Below, piece by piece: positions 21,841 through 32,327 of a stretch of DNA of 64,000 bases (position 1 is the stretch's first letter; each line of letters starts with the position of its first letter). Source of the DNA: Bacillota bacterium. GTDB taxonomy: Bacteria > Bacillota_I > Bacilli_A > RF39 > UBA660. The notes below the pieces were generated by a model. It was not told the origin of the DNA, did not search any database, and saw only the letters and a program-made list of their open reading frames with translations. Made by a program: the position numbers and the translations under genes. The stretch spans positions 25,951-89,950 of the forward strand of contig SVAK01000001.1 of NCBI GenBank assembly GCA_015059445.1. Reading direction: 5' to 3'.

Positions 21841-21999
21841 TTTAATCCTCCCTATATATTTAGTATTATATATTTATAAAAAATAATTAAACGCTTAATA
21901 AAATATTTTCAAACATATTATAACATAATAAATACTTTTGTTTGAATTTTTTGATAAAATATGTTAGAATAACAAACTATAAAAAAAGGGGGATACATT

Positions 22000-23040
22000 A
22001 TGCATTTGAATAAAGCAGTAATTCCGCATTATCGAAGCGAAAGAATACCAATTGAAAAGTTGAAATATAGAGTAGCTTTGAATGAAAATTATTTAAGAGA
22101 AAAACCTGATTGGTACGAAATTGAAGGCAAACTTCAGTATTTTAAAATAAGAAGTGATTTTAGACTTTTCACAGAACAATTTTTTAGTATGTTTGGTAGA
22201 GAGGTCATGGAACTTGATACATTGGATTATAGAGTGGCCTATGTTAGAACAATAAATCCAGTTATAAAAAAGTCTCAAGAAATAACACAGTGTGGGTTAC
22301 TATCAGACAATTTTCAAACACTAGATAATAATTATTATCTAGTAAGTGAATTACTGAATTCACTTATATCTGACTTTAAAATGTATGGTGGATATACTTT
22401 GGAAAACTTACTTGCATTTTTTAGAGATTATTTAGATGAAAAAGATTATAAAGCTAATGAATTATTTTTAATTAAATTATTTATTGCGGATGCAATTACG
22501 CACCAAGAAGATCGAAACCATAATAATATTTGTTATAAAATTCCAAAGATTGAAGGTATACCTTATACTAGAAGGCTTCATCCCGAAATTATTAAGAAGT
22601 ATCCAAATGCTAGTGGTCATTATGTAATGAAACCAGACGGCGGTATCTTGTTAAAGGGGCTAACCCCAGCTAAAGTTTATGACAATGAAAGAATTTTTGG
22701 TACTGATCATAAGAATGTGTTTACTTATCATCCTGGCCAAGTATGGAGACCTTTATTTCCATATTCAAAACATACATTATTTAAATCTCCAGAAGAAGCT
22801 GCTAAAGCTCAAAGAGAATATGATGGTTTGGATCCTAATTTATTTGAATTATATATAAATCATCAAGATGTTTGTAGACCAATTTTTGAAAGACTTGTTT
22901 ATGATTCGGAATATCGAAGAATTCTGGAAAGGTTTAAAGGTGAAACAAGTCAAATTTGTCTAAGCGATAAATCAGCAGAAAGAATAACACAAATATTTGA
23001 AGATAAACAAATGGTTTTAGCTAGAATTTTAAAATATTAA
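22000..23040 (+). CDS. Hypothetical protein (346 aa) with a possible kinase-like catalytic loop
   Basis: RBS GGGGGA precedes the ATG. The segment ITHQEDRNHNNI loosely resembles D-x-H-x-x-N catalytic loops of atypical kinases (HipA/PI3K-like). The resemblance is weak. Confidence 0.35.
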   Translation: MHLNKAVIPHYRSERIPIEKLKYRVALNENYLREKPDWYEIEGKLQYFKIRSDFRLFTEQFFSMFGREVMELDTLDYRVAYVRTINPVIKKSQEITQCGLLSDNFQTLDNNYYLVSELLNSLISDFKMYGGYTLENLLAFFRDYLDEKDYKANELFLIKLFIADAITHQEDRNHNNICYKIPKIEGIPYTRRLHPEIIKKYPNASGHYVMKPDGGILLKGLTPAKVYDNERIFGTDHKNVFTYHPGQVWRPLFPYSKHTLFKSPEEAAKAQREYDGLDPNLFELYINHQDVCRPIFERLVYDSEYRRILERFKGETSQICLSDKSAERITQIFEDKQMVLARILKY

Positions 23041-23044
23041 TTTA

Positions 23045-23078
23045 ATAAAAAAGGTTTTAATATAAAACCTTTTTTATG
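23045..23078. terminator. Bidirectional rho-independent terminator
   Basis: Perfect 9-bp stem AAGGTTTTA / TAAAACCTT with a 3-nt loop. It is flanked by an A-run upstream and a T-run downstream, between convergent genes. Confidence 0.65.
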
Positions 23079-23882
23079 TTATTTTTCAAATCTGTAAATA
23101 TTAATTGATGGTGTGTTTAATAATCTAAAATTGTACTTTTCATATCCTAGACCATTTGATATTAATAATTCCGTATTATTCAAAACATAATAATCATTAA
23201 TATAAGTTTTAGCACCGTCTTTTTTTAATAATCCGCCATAATATGGTATATTTATAATTCCTCCTAAAGAATGTCCGCTTAAAATTGTATCAATATCATA
23301 TTCACTTAGTTTAGTAAAATTATCTGGTTCATGCACTATAGCTAATGAGTATTCATATTCTACATCAGTATCTAATAATTCAGCAACATTATCTATATTA
23401 GTTAGGCCTATTATATTAATCGGAGTAATATCTTTATAAAATAGTAAAGTATTTTGATTATCTAGTAAATTAAATTCTGAATCATATAAAATATCCTTAT
23501 AATTATCTAAAAACTTCTTATCATTGTCCCCAATAACAGCATATTTGTACAATGACGCTTCCATTTCGTTTAATGAACTTTTTAAAAAATCAAAATCTTC
23601 TGTAGAATACTTTTCATTATTATTAAATAAATCACCACTAAAAATAATAATGTCAGGTTTAATTTTATTAACGTTTTCTATTAAATTAGTTAATTTGTCC
23701 TTGTTTTTTGATACATATAAAATATCGGAAAAGTGGACGATTTTTAAATTTTCAAAACTTTTAGGAATCTTATTATTATTGATTGTATATTCTTTAATTT
23801 TAAAATTGTTTACTTCGAAATACTTACCATATAAAAAGATTGAAATGATAAGAATGAGAACAACTGCTATAATCTTTTTCAT
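23079..23882 (-). CDS. Secreted or membrane-anchored calcineurin-like metallophosphoesterase
   Basis: N-terminal TM/signal segment. Motifs VHFSDIL, SGDLF and GHSLGG match the conserved metallophosphatase blocks. Confidence 0.7.
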   Translation of the reverse strand: MKKIIAVVLILIISIFLYGKYFEVNNFKIKEYTINNNKIPKSFENLKIVHFSDILYVSKNKDKLTNLIENVNKIKPDIIIFSGDLFNNNEKYSTEDFDFLKSSLNEMEASLYKYAVIGDNDKKFLDNYKDILYDSEFNLLDNQNTLLFYKDITPINIIGLTNIDNVAELLDTDVEYEYSLAIVHEPDNFTKLSEYDIDTILSGHSLGGIINIPYYGGLLKKDGAKTYINDYYVLNNTELLISNGLGYEKYNFRLLNTPSINIYRFEK

Positions 23883-23884
23883 TT

Positions 23885-24580
23885 TTATCCCCCAATAAAG
23901 AATAATAATAATGCAATTGCATTATGGATAGAGTGAAAGCTAATGCTAGTCCAAATATTTTTAGTTTTATAATATATAAATGAAAAAGAACAACCTAAAG
24001 CACCATAAGGGATAATATAAAATATTTCTTCAAGGCTAGTAATGTTAAATAAGTGAAGTGCTCCAAAGATTAATCCTGAAGTTAGAACATAAAATGTTGG
24101 TCTTTTAAAGGTATCTTTTAAAATCACTCTAGTAATTAATTCTTCAACAATCGGAGCTACAATAATCATGGTAATAGATGAATAAATAGGCATTCTTTCT
24201 AATAAATTTTGATTTAGTTCTTCGTTAACAGATGTACCAATAAAATTACTAAGGATTAGATTACTTATTATCATTATGATTAATCCTAAAATCCAAAATA
24301 TTGCACTTTTTTTAATATAATTTTTACCATTCTTCTTAAATTCATAATAATCAGGAATTATAGTTTTACGAAAAATAAAAATAAAAATTGTTAATACAAT
24401 TAACTCTATAAAAATACTACTAATATTAGCAATCCATGTATTACTACTCATAACATCTCTTTTAAAAGTTAATTGCAGAGAAACTACGACTATAAAATAA
24501 AAAAACACTATTGAAATTTGTTTAATAAACGCGATAATTTTATGAAAAATATCACTCAAAAAAATAATTATTTTGTTCAT
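23885..24580 (-). CDS. CPBP-family intramembrane glutamic endopeptidase (CAAX protease-like)
   Basis: Polytopic membrane protein with EELITRVIL (motif 1), FGALH (motif 2) and HSIHN (motif 3). Confidence 0.75.
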   Translation of the reverse strand: MNKIIIFLSDIFHKIIAFIKQISIVFFYFIVVVSLQLTFKRDVMSSNTWIANISSIFIELIVLTIFIFIFRKTIIPDYYEFKKNGKNYIKKSAIFWILGLIIMIISNLILSNFIGTSVNEELNQNLLERMPIYSSITMIIVAPIVEELITRVILKDTFKRPTFYVLTSGLIFGALHLFNITSLEEIFYIIPYGALGCSFSFIYYKTKNIWTSISFHSIHNAIALLLFFIGG

Positions 24581-24633
24581 TTGAATTCACCTATTTTTAA
24601 TATATCACAACTTAAAAAAGTAATCAATCCAAC

Positions 24634-24662
24634 TTGATAATGATAAGATGATATGATAAAAT
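24634..24662 (+). promoter_or_regulatory. Sigma-A-like promoter TTGATA-17-TAAAAT upstream of the first gene of the cluster
   Basis: -35 at 24634-24639 and -10 at 24657-24662. RBS AGGTGG (24676-24681) and TTG start at 24687 follow. Confidence 0.55.
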
Positions 24663-24686
24663 CTTTAATAGAGAGTAGGTGGACTT

Positions 24687-25409
24687 TTGAAGAAAAAATT
24701 ATTACTTACGTTAGCTACTTTATTTTTATTTACCATTAAAGTAGAAGCGGCGTCTATTTGTTCATATAAAGAACAAACTGAAATTAATCAATTAGCTGCA
24801 AATGTTAAGGCCACTTATGAAGTTGTTCAAGATACAGTTCAGTTTGAAGATATGAACTCTACAATGGATGTGTTTAACATCTCACTTTTTAATGTAACAG
24901 AAAAAATTTACGTGGTTATAAAAAACAACATAAATAATGAAGAAAAAATAATAACATCGAATGATGCAACTGAAGGTGTAGCAAGTTTTAAATGGGATTA
25001 TGCAGAAGCAGTTACTAATTTTACTATTCAAGTTTATACAACAGAGAGAACTAGTTGTCCTAATGAAAGATACAAAACAATTTATTTAACTACACCAAGA
25101 TATAATGAATTTTATGATAGGGAAACTTGTCAAGAACTAACAGATTTTTACCTTTGTCAAAAGTTTGTAACTTTTTCAGAAATTAGTGAAGAAAAATTTT
25201 TTAAACAATTGGAAAGTTATCGAAATGGTGATGTTAATGACTCTGGTGAGGATATAAAAGATAAAGATGATAATTCAACTACAGATAAAGTATTTAATTT
25301 TATAGACGATTATAAATGGTATTTTGTTGGAGGTACAATAGTTGTTTTAGTGGTTATAATAATTATCTTCAAGTTGAAAGGTAGGAAACAGAGGGATTTA
25401 GGTTTATGA
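24687..25409 (+). CDS. Secreted protein with a C-terminal TM anchor (240 aa), first gene of the pilus/T4SS cluster
   Basis: TTG start. Signal peptide MKKKLLLTLATLFLFTIKVEAAS. C-terminal hydrophobic helix GGTIVVLVVIIIIF followed by KLKGRKQRD. Confidence 0.55.
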   Translation: MKKKLLLTLATLFLFTIKVEAASICSYKEQTEINQLAANVKATYEVVQDTVQFEDMNSTMDVFNISLFNVTEKIYVVIKNNINNEEKIITSNDATEGVASFKWDYAEAVTNFTIQVYTTERTSCPNERYKTIYLTTPRYNEFYDRETCQELTDFYLCQKFVTFSEISEEKFFKQLESYRNGDVNDSGEDIKDKDDNSTTDKVFNFIDDYKWYFVGGTIVVLVVIIIIFKLKGRKQRDLGL

Positions 25410-28400
25410 AAAAGTTTGTAAAATTAGGTTTATTTATAATCACAATGTTTTTTGGTGTTAATATAATTAAAGCAGAAAGAACTTGTGAAGATATTGAATT
25501 ATATGCTAATCGCGATTTCTGGGGAAGAACCGGAATAAACATGAATTATGCAGGAACTTCTTATAATTATTCTATGTATACTTTAAAAAGTGATATAGGT
25601 GCAGCTTTTTCAAGTTATTGTCGAAATGCTGGTGCTTCTACTGGGAAAAAAAGTAATGGAGAAAAATATTATTGTAAAGAAGTAGTGTTTGATACATCCT
25701 CATCAAATGAGACAAAGAAAATATATGATGCTGGAGTTATTGAAATATTAAAACAAGGTTATAGCAGTAGAAACAATAATACCTATCCATTAGAAAAAAA
25801 TCAGGAATATGCCGCAACAACTCTTGCTTTAAGAGTGTATGAGATGTTATGGAAAGATATTAACACTAATGGTTCAAACAATACAAAAATTAATAATGCT
25901 CATAAATATTATGTGAATTTATTTTTAGATGATTCGGAAATTACTAGCAAATTAAGAGAAGCTTCAGGTAGTGTTAGAGAAAAATTTTCTAATGCTGTTA
26001 CAGTAACATCATGGACTACTGTAAATAACGGAATAAATGTTACAAATAATATTGTTGAAGAAGCAAGAAGATTAGTTAAATTAGGTTTAGATGCTGCAGT
26101 AGTTTATAAAAATAATGGTGCCGCTACATTAACTTGGAATTCGACACCAGTAAAAGCAAAATCACCGGTAGTGACTGATGCTTCAGGGAATTCGAATTAT
26201 AGAGAAAGTTTAACCTATACTTTTAAAGCTGATAAATTTAGATCTAGCAATGGCTACATAAGAATGAACTTCTCATGTACAGATTGTGCAACGTATGGAA
26301 TTGATTATACTTTATATGTTAATGATACAAATGTTGGCAAGACTATTCCTGAAAATTTAATAAGCTTATTAACAAATGGCGCCGGTGAAATTAAAATAAA
26401 AATTGAATTTACAGGAGACTCAGCAAAATATAAATGCGATGAGTTAAATTATGAGTTAAAAGTTACATATTATGATGAGACAATAAATACAGAAGCATAT
26501 GATATGTATTCAGAACATTGTTATTCTAATGTTTTTTGTCAACATTTTTATATGTTATATGCAGATGATGTAGCTCAAGAAGCAACCATCAAAAACAGCA
26601 CAGAATTATGTTCGCTAAATTGTGATGATTTAAAAAGACAATGTGAAGAAGACAACAATGCTGATGCTTGTAGTAGGTTCCAATCTGAATATGGTGGGAC
26701 TTGTGCCAATTGTTCTGCATATATATCTAATGCTCAGTGTAGTGATACTGATTCAGTAATTGATATCAAAGAAGGATATGAAGTAGATTCATCAACATGT
26801 AATGTTGAAAGTGAAGCCAACGTTTTGGGATGTATTATTAACAAAGAAGATCAAGCTGGAAATTCATATAAAGCAACTGATTTAGTTAGTAATAAATATT
26901 GTAGCATTTGGTGTAAAGAAGATTATCATTTCGTAATGCCAGGGATTAAAGAGGTTAATAGTGGTAGATATTTTTCACTTAAAACTTCTGTTCAAGGAAC
27001 AAAAACTTGTTATACATCAAAAATAAATAAAACATCTTTTGAAAATGACTATGAATCAGCAAGAAAAGAAATAATTAACAATTATAATACTTATAAGGTT
27101 TATGAAGGTGCTGTAAACGAAAGCACATGTACAGAAACTAATCATAGTGGAGAATCAATTAAGATAACCAATAGAGTGCCTCAAACCGTGACTGAGACCA
27201 CTTATAGTTGTCCAGAAGGATATACCAAAATAAATACTGGAGAAAATACTAAATGTAGAAAAAATTTATATAATGAATGTTATAAAAAAGCAACAGATGC
27301 AGGTATTCCTCCACAAGAAGCAAGAGCTACTTGTTCTAAAGATTACCCTGTTGCAAATAGATATGAATTTACCGAACCTATAAAAGAAACAAATAATGTT
27401 ACTGAATATCAAAATGTTACTAAAACTATTCAGGCACCTGATTATACAGATTATAAATGTACATGGAGTTACAGTGGTTATACCTCAAATGGAGGAGTAT
27501 CCTATACTTATTCTTCTGGTAATACAAATTGTAGTGGTGGAACTTGTACTTATGAAAGTAAAGGTTCAACAGTTTGTACTGGTAAAGATAACTGTACATC
27601 CACTAATGGTACACCATTGTCAAGCGTATACAATTCTACAGAATTAACTTCTAAAAAGTCATTATTAAATTCTGCAATTAGTAGTGCTAGTACTATTTTA
27701 AAGAATTATAACTCTTGTAGTACATGGACTATGGATTATGATTTTAAACCTGATGTTCATTTCTGGTATGAAGAAAGCTACATGAATAATGTTTATACTG
27801 ATAAATTAGATACAGTAGGAAACACTGATAAGTCGAATGTAGAAATTCAAAGATGTACATCAGATACTAATAATTCTTATGAATCATGCACAAGTGGATG
27901 GTCAAATAATACAACTCAATATAAAGATGTAAATAAATTCATATGTTATAAAAATTCGAATGGCTCTTATAGTTGTGGAACTAAAACAATATCTGTTAGT
28001 CAAACTATAAGAATGAAGGCAAGTGTAACAGCAAAAGGTGAATATGTAACACCAACACAATTCTATACAATTTATCCAACTGGTGCGATTGCGGTGTCTG
28101 ATCCAAATGTTAACATAGAAAATGGGTCTCCTTTAACTAATAGATTGCCTGTTGGATTAGGTACAACTCAAGGAGTATATAATTATACTTTGATAGTTAA
28201 TAATCTAGGGGAGTATTATAATAGCGATAAACTTGGACGCGTTTGGGGGGCTAAAGATAGTGTAGTGTCAGAAACATTAAAAGAAAACAGTCAATGTCAA
28301 CAAACGGGAGCTTTAAAATATGAGACGAATATTGATGGTACATATTTTGATAATGGGGTTTATGTATGTGCTTACAAAGTAAACTGTCCTGATTGTCCGG

Positions 28401-29080
28401 TTGAGTGTGAGGAAAATGGATGTTACAATCCAGATTGTCCTGATGGAAATTGTCCAGTTGAATGTAAAAATTGTATTTATAATAATAACAATTCAAACAT
28501 TAATTATCGTCCAATTACTCCGGGTGATTTAAATCCTAATGATCGTGATTTAGGAAAAAATTGGCAACATGATAATTCAATTTCGACAGCTCTAGAAATG
28601 AAAGCATATGTAACAACTGAAGAGATTGAAGAAAATGGCGAAAATATATATGATATTAATTATGAGAGTACTGATGTTAACGATGATTTTGCTATGGAAG
28701 TTGTTATGGACAGCAAAATGATTAGCAAAATAAGAGCTTATAATGAACAACATGAAGATGATGGGGGATATTTAAATAACTCTTTAAAATGTTATGATCA
28801 TGAAAATAGTGAAGATGGAAAAACATATAAAAATATTTATTGTTACAGTACATTCATAGATGAATTATTAACAGATAATGATACAAAAGATAATATAAAA
28901 ATAACGGGTGGTACTAGATATTTAACGGAAGCTGAAAGAAAGGCTAAATCCCAATGGTCTGGATATTGGACTACATGGTCTGAAGCAAATTTAAATAAAT
29001 GGACAATTACCACTGAACATGGACTAGCATATTATAAAGAAAATTATGCAGAAATAGGTATTGGTCCAGCATGGAAATAG
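25406..29080 (+). CDS. Giant Cys-rich secreted protein (1224 aa), candidate adhesin or tip protein
   Basis: ATGA overlap with the upstream gene. Signal peptide MKKFVKLGLFIITMFFGVNIIKA. Very high Cys/Asn/Ser/Thr/Tyr content. Tandem CPDCPVEC / CPDGNCPVEC mini-repeats near residue 990. No LPXTG motif and no C-terminal TM. Confidence 0.6.
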   Translation: MKKFVKLGLFIITMFFGVNIIKAERTCEDIELYANRDFWGRTGINMNYAGTSYNYSMYTLKSDIGAAFSSYCRNAGASTGKKSNGEKYYCKEVVFDTSSSNETKKIYDAGVIEILKQGYSSRNNNTYPLEKNQEYAATTLALRVYEMLWKDINTNGSNNTKINNAHKYYVNLFLDDSEITSKLREASGSVREKFSNAVTVTSWTTVNNGINVTNNIVEEARRLVKLGLDAAVVYKNNGAATLTWNSTPVKAKSPVVTDASGNSNYRESLTYTFKADKFRSSNGYIRMNFSCTDCATYGIDYTLYVNDTNVGKTIPENLISLLTNGAGEIKIKIEFTGDSAKYKCDELNYELKVTYYDETINTEAYDMYSEHCYSNVFCQHFYMLYADDVAQEATIKNSTELCSLNCDDLKRQCEEDNNADACSRFQSEYGGTCANCSAYISNAQCSDTDSVIDIKEGYEVDSSTCNVESEANVLGCIINKEDQAGNSYKATDLVSNKYCSIWCKEDYHFVMPGIKEVNSGRYFSLKTSVQGTKTCYTSKINKTSFENDYESARKEIINNYNTYKVYEGAVNESTCTETNHSGESIKITNRVPQTVTETTYSCPEGYTKINTGENTKCRKNLYNECYKKATDAGIPPQEARATCSKDYPVANRYEFTEPIKETNNVTEYQNVTKTIQAPDYTDYKCTWSYSGYTSNGGVSYTYSSGNTNCSGGTCTYESKGSTVCTGKDNCTSTNGTPLSSVYNSTELTSKKSLLNSAISSASTILKNYNSCSTWTMDYDFKPDVHFWYEESYMNNVYTDKLDTVGNTDKSNVEIQRCTSDTNNSYESCTSGWSNNTTQYKDVNKFICYKNSNGSYSCGTKTISVSQTIRMKASVTAKGEYVTPTQFYTIYPTGAIAVSDPNVNIENGSPLTNRLPVGLGTTQGVYNYTLIVNNLGEYYNSDKLGRVWGAKDSVVSETLKENSQCQQTGALKYETNIDGTYFDNGVYVCAYKVNCPDCPVECEENGCYNPDCPDGNCPVECKNCIYNNNNSNINYRPITPGDLNPNDRDLGKNWQHDNSISTALEMKAYVTTEEIEENGENIYDINYESTDVNDDFAMEVVMDSKMISKIRAYNEQHEDDGGYLNNSLKCYDHENSEDGKTYKNIYCYSTFIDELLTDNDTKDNIKITGGTRYLTEAERKAKSQWSGYWTTWSEANLNKWTITTEHGLAYYKENYAEIGIGPAWK

Positions 29081-29100
29081 GAAAAGGAGGAAACATTTAA

Positions 29101-29505
29101 ATGAAAGAATCATATTGGGGATACTGGCTAGTTATCCTAGGAGTATTTGTAGTAGTAATAATGCTTTTAATTCAAAATGTTACCTCTAATAATGCCGAAG
29201 ATAGTTATACGATAAAACAAATTAGTGAAGCTGCTTTAATTGATGCAGTAGATTATGCTTACTATAGAGAATATGGTGAGTTAAGAATCACTAGAGAAAA
29301 ATTTATTGAAAGTTTCTTAAGAAGATTTGCTGACACAGCTTCACTTACTACCAAATATAAAATTACTTTTACTGGTATTTATGAAGCTCCCCCTAAAGTT
29401 AGTGTAGAGGTGACAAGTCAAACAAATACTTACGTAGTAGCTACTGATACAGAAACATTTGATATGTCTAGTAGAGTAGATGCTATTTTAGAACAAAACG
29501 ATTAA
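29101..29505 (+). CDS. Pilin-like/TadE-like small protein (134 aa) with an N-terminal hydrophobic helix
   Basis: Strong RBS AAGGAGG. N-terminus MKESYWGYWLVILGVFVVVIMLL shares the MKE(A/S)..G plus hydrophobic-helix pattern with four downstream pilin-like genes. Confidence 0.4.
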   Translation: MKESYWGYWLVILGVFVVVIMLLIQNVTSNNAEDSYTIKQISEAALIDAVDYAYYREYGELRITREKFIESFLRRFADTASLTTKYKITFTGIYEAPPKVSVEVTSQTNTYVVATDTETFDMSSRVDAILEQND

Positions 29506-29519
29506 GGAGGAAGAATAAA

Positions 29520-30296
29520 ATGGGAAATGTAGTTACAACAATTAAAAGGTTTTTGGGAAACAAGAATACAGTGACAATTTTAGCGGTACTAGCAGGTATA
29601 ATAGTTTTATGGTATTTTTACACATATCGTGTAGAGCAGGCTATAACTACTATAAAAATACCATATGCAACACAAGCTATAGATACTGGAACAAAAATTG
29701 AAACTGATATTATTGAGTATAAAGAAATAACTTCTAGTACATTAAAGGATAGCGACATGATAACTGATGTATCTGCTTTAAAAGATAAATATGTTTGTGT
29801 TGGTACTAGTATACCTGCAAATGGCTTCTTTTATGAATCACAAGTTTGCGATAAAAAAGAATTACCAAATTCAGTTTTAGATGATATACCAGATGATTAT
29901 AAACCATTTACTTTAAGTGTTAATAATCAAATGACATATGCCAATTCCATTATGCCTGAAGATTATATTGATTTATACTTACAAGCAAAAGATGATGATG
30001 GTCAAATAATTTGGGGCCCATTAATTGAGAGTATTGAAGTTCTAGCTGTAAGAGATTCTAGTGGAAGAGATGTATTCTGGGATTCAGCAGCAGGAGATTC
30101 GGCTTACTTATTATTTGCAGTCCCAGATGAATATCATCAATTACTAAATGTTGCTGGATTAATAACTGCAAATAGCATTAAAATTATACCTGTTCCAAGA
30201 AGTGCATCTTATACAGCAAATCCTGGAGAAACTAAGATATCAAGCGAAGAATTATATTACTTTATAATGAGTAAAGCAGCAACATTAACAGAGTAA
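29520..30296 (+). CDS. CpaB/RcpC-like Flp pilus assembly protein
   Basis: N-terminal TM (TVTILAVLAGIIVLWYF) followed by a SAF-like beta-rich domain. The size (258 aa) and position before the ATPase match Tad loci. Confidence 0.55.
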   Translation: MGNVVTTIKRFLGNKNTVTILAVLAGIIVLWYFYTYRVEQAITTIKIPYATQAIDTGTKIETDIIEYKEITSSTLKDSDMITDVSALKDKYVCVGTSIPANGFFYESQVCDKKELPNSVLDDIPDDYKPFTLSVNNQMTYANSIMPEDYIDLYLQAKDDDGQIIWGPLIESIEVLAVRDSSGRDVFWDSAAGDSAYLLFAVPDEYHQLLNVAGLITANSIKIIPVPRSASYTANPGETKISSEELYYFIMSKAATLTE

Positions 30297-30315
30297 AAAA
30301 AGGAGTGGTCGAAAA

Positions 30316-31401
30316 GTGAATGATGCTATATTTTCACAAATAGATTTTGGACCTTTAAAAGAATTTTTAGATGATGATAATATTACGGACATATCCTATA
30401 GTAATAATGGTCAAATTCATTTAAAAACTTTAGATAAAGGTGTATATCCGGTCGAAAGACCAGACATAAATAATGCATTATTGGAAAAATTAGCTTTCCA
30501 ATGTTCTAATGTAATGGGAAAAACATTTAATATGGCTCATCCATTACTCGATGCTGAATCAGCAGAACTGCGTTTAAACTTTGTTCATGATTCCATTGCT
30601 ACAAATGGTATAGCCTGTACAATTAGAAAAACACCAGCCAAGATAAGATTAAATAAAGAAAAATTAATAAATGAACAATATGTTACTGAAGAATTATTGG
30701 ATTTCTTATTAACTTGTGTTGCTGGGCATTGTAATATCATTGTTAGTGGAGAAACAGGTTCTGGTAAAACAGAATTAGTTAAATATTTAGCTAGTCATAT
30801 AAAAGAAAATGAAAAAATAATTACTATTGAAGATACATTAGAATTACACTTAGATAGAATATTTCCTCATCGAGATATTGTAGCTATGAAAACTAATAAC
30901 ATCGCTGGGTATTCTGATGTATTGGTAGCATGTATGAGACAAAATCCAAGATGGATTTTACTATCCGAAGTTAGAAGCGATGAAGCTGTTACTGCAGCGC
31001 GTAATTCGATTTCATCAGGTCATAATATTTTATCAACAATTCACTCTGATAGAGCTAAAAATGTTCCAATGCGTATGTATAGTTTGCTGGAAACAAATCA
31101 AGATATAGAGCAATTTTTAAAATCAATTCATAGATATGTTCAACTAGCAGTACATGTTAAGGGATATATGAGTAAAGAATTAGGAAGATTTCAAAGAGAA
31201 ATTGTTGAAGTGTGTGAATTTTATGTGGATGATGATAATCAAGCAGGTTCAAATGTTATATATAAGAAAAATCTAGATGGAAAATTATTATTTAATGAGC
31301 CATCTAAATATTTAAAAGACTATTTAGGTTCACAAGGTGTTAATTTAAAAGAAAATATTTTTGGAGAAAACACAGAAGTAGAAGAAATAGATTCATTATA
31401 A
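30316..31401 (+). CDS. TadA/CpaF/VirB11-family secretion ATPase
   Basis: GTG start after AGGAGTGG. Walker A VSGETGSGKTE. ITIEDTLEL Asp box/Walker B region. HSD His box. 361 aa. Confidence 0.8.
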   Translation: MNDAIFSQIDFGPLKEFLDDDNITDISYSNNGQIHLKTLDKGVYPVERPDINNALLEKLAFQCSNVMGKTFNMAHPLLDAESAELRLNFVHDSIATNGIACTIRKTPAKIRLNKEKLINEQYVTEELLDFLLTCVAGHCNIIVSGETGSGKTELVKYLASHIKENEKIITIEDTLELHLDRIFPHRDIVAMKTNNIAGYSDVLVACMRQNPRWILLSEVRSDEAVTAARNSISSGHNILSTIHSDRAKNVPMRMYSLLETNQDIEQFLKSIHRYVQLAVHVKGYMSKELGRFQREIVEVCEFYVDDDNQAGSNVIYKKNLDGKLLFNEPSKYLKDYLGSQGVNLKENIFGENTEVEEIDSL

Positions 31402-31421
31402 AAAGGGAAGAAGGTGCATAA

Positions 31422-32327
31422 ATGAGAACATTAACAGAACTTTTAATATTACTAGCATTGGCGATTTTTGTTTTAATGTATCGTAAATCAAAAGATGGTA
31501 AAGTTTTAAAAAATATAGCTGATTCTGTTGGAGATGTTTATAATAAATATGCACCATATTCTTTTAAAATAGTTCGAGAAAAAGCAAAAGAATTAGGGCA
31601 AGAATATACTACACGCCAATATATAACCCAAGTGATTTTATTGGGTGGACTTGCTGGTATTATTGGTTACTTTTACTTTTATAGTATTGTTTGGGCTGTA
31701 ATATATGCTCTAGCAACTATAGCTTTTATACCATATTTAGCATATTTAAGATGTCAAAGAGTATATAGTGAATTTATTTTTGAGCAAATTCAAACTTATA
31801 CAACTAATGTTATAATGGAATTTAATACTACTCAAAGTTTTGTTAAAAGTTTAGAAGGTGTAAGAGATTCAGGGATTATTGAAGATCCTGTATTAAGTGA
31901 CATTAGTAAAATGATAGATATGTCTTATAAAAACGGTACTATAGATGAATCAATTGAATATTTTAATTCTAAATATCCTTATTATATGGTAAAAAATATG
32001 CATCAATTATTTTTGCAAATTACTAAAGAAGGTTCAAGAGATGCTGGAGAATCTTTGGAAAACATGTCAATGGATATCGATGCCTTAGTTGAAGGTGTAT
32101 ATCGTGATCAAATGGATCGAAAGAATTTCCATAAAAGATTCTTAACTTTTGCCCTTGTTTTATTTGCTTTAGTAATAGTTGTAGAGTTTATGTTAGGTAA
32201 AGATAACTATATTGAATTATTGGAAATGTGGTATGTTCAGTTAATCTTACATGTTATTATCATAATAAATATTTATTTCCTAATCACTGGTGAAAAATAT
32301 TACAATGAAGATGTGGGGGCTGAATAA
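31422..32327 (+). CDS. TadB-like (T2SS-F/GspF-domain) pilus assembly membrane protein
   Basis: N-terminal TM, a central helical T2SSF-like cytoplasmic domain and C-terminal TM helices. Sits immediately after the ATPase. Confidence 0.55.
   Translation: MRTLTELLILLALAIFVLMYRKSKDGKVLKNIADSVGDVYNKYAPYSFKIVREKAKELGQEYTTRQYITQVILLGGLAGIIGYFYFYSIVWAVIYALATIAFIPYLAYLRCQRVYSEFIFEQIQTYTTNVIMEFNTTQSFVKSLEGVRDSGIIEDPVLSDISKMIDMSYKNGTIDESIEYFNSKYPYYMVKNMHQLFLQITKEGSRDAGESLENMSMDIDALVEGVYRDQMDRKNFHKRFLTFALVLFALVIVVEFMLGKDNYIELLEMWYVQLILHVIIIINIYFLITGEKYYNEDVGAE

Noticed and set aside
27396-27647. Other embedded short ORFs: 27396..27647, 28251..28496, 32923..33177, 35520..35798, 36389..36622, 43003..43191, 45505..45720, 49230..49442, 54448..54702, 57708..57950, 61292..61528, 62398..62607, 62590..62856
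   Set aside because: Same reasoning: alternative-frame or antisense ORFs within confident CDSs with no supporting signals.
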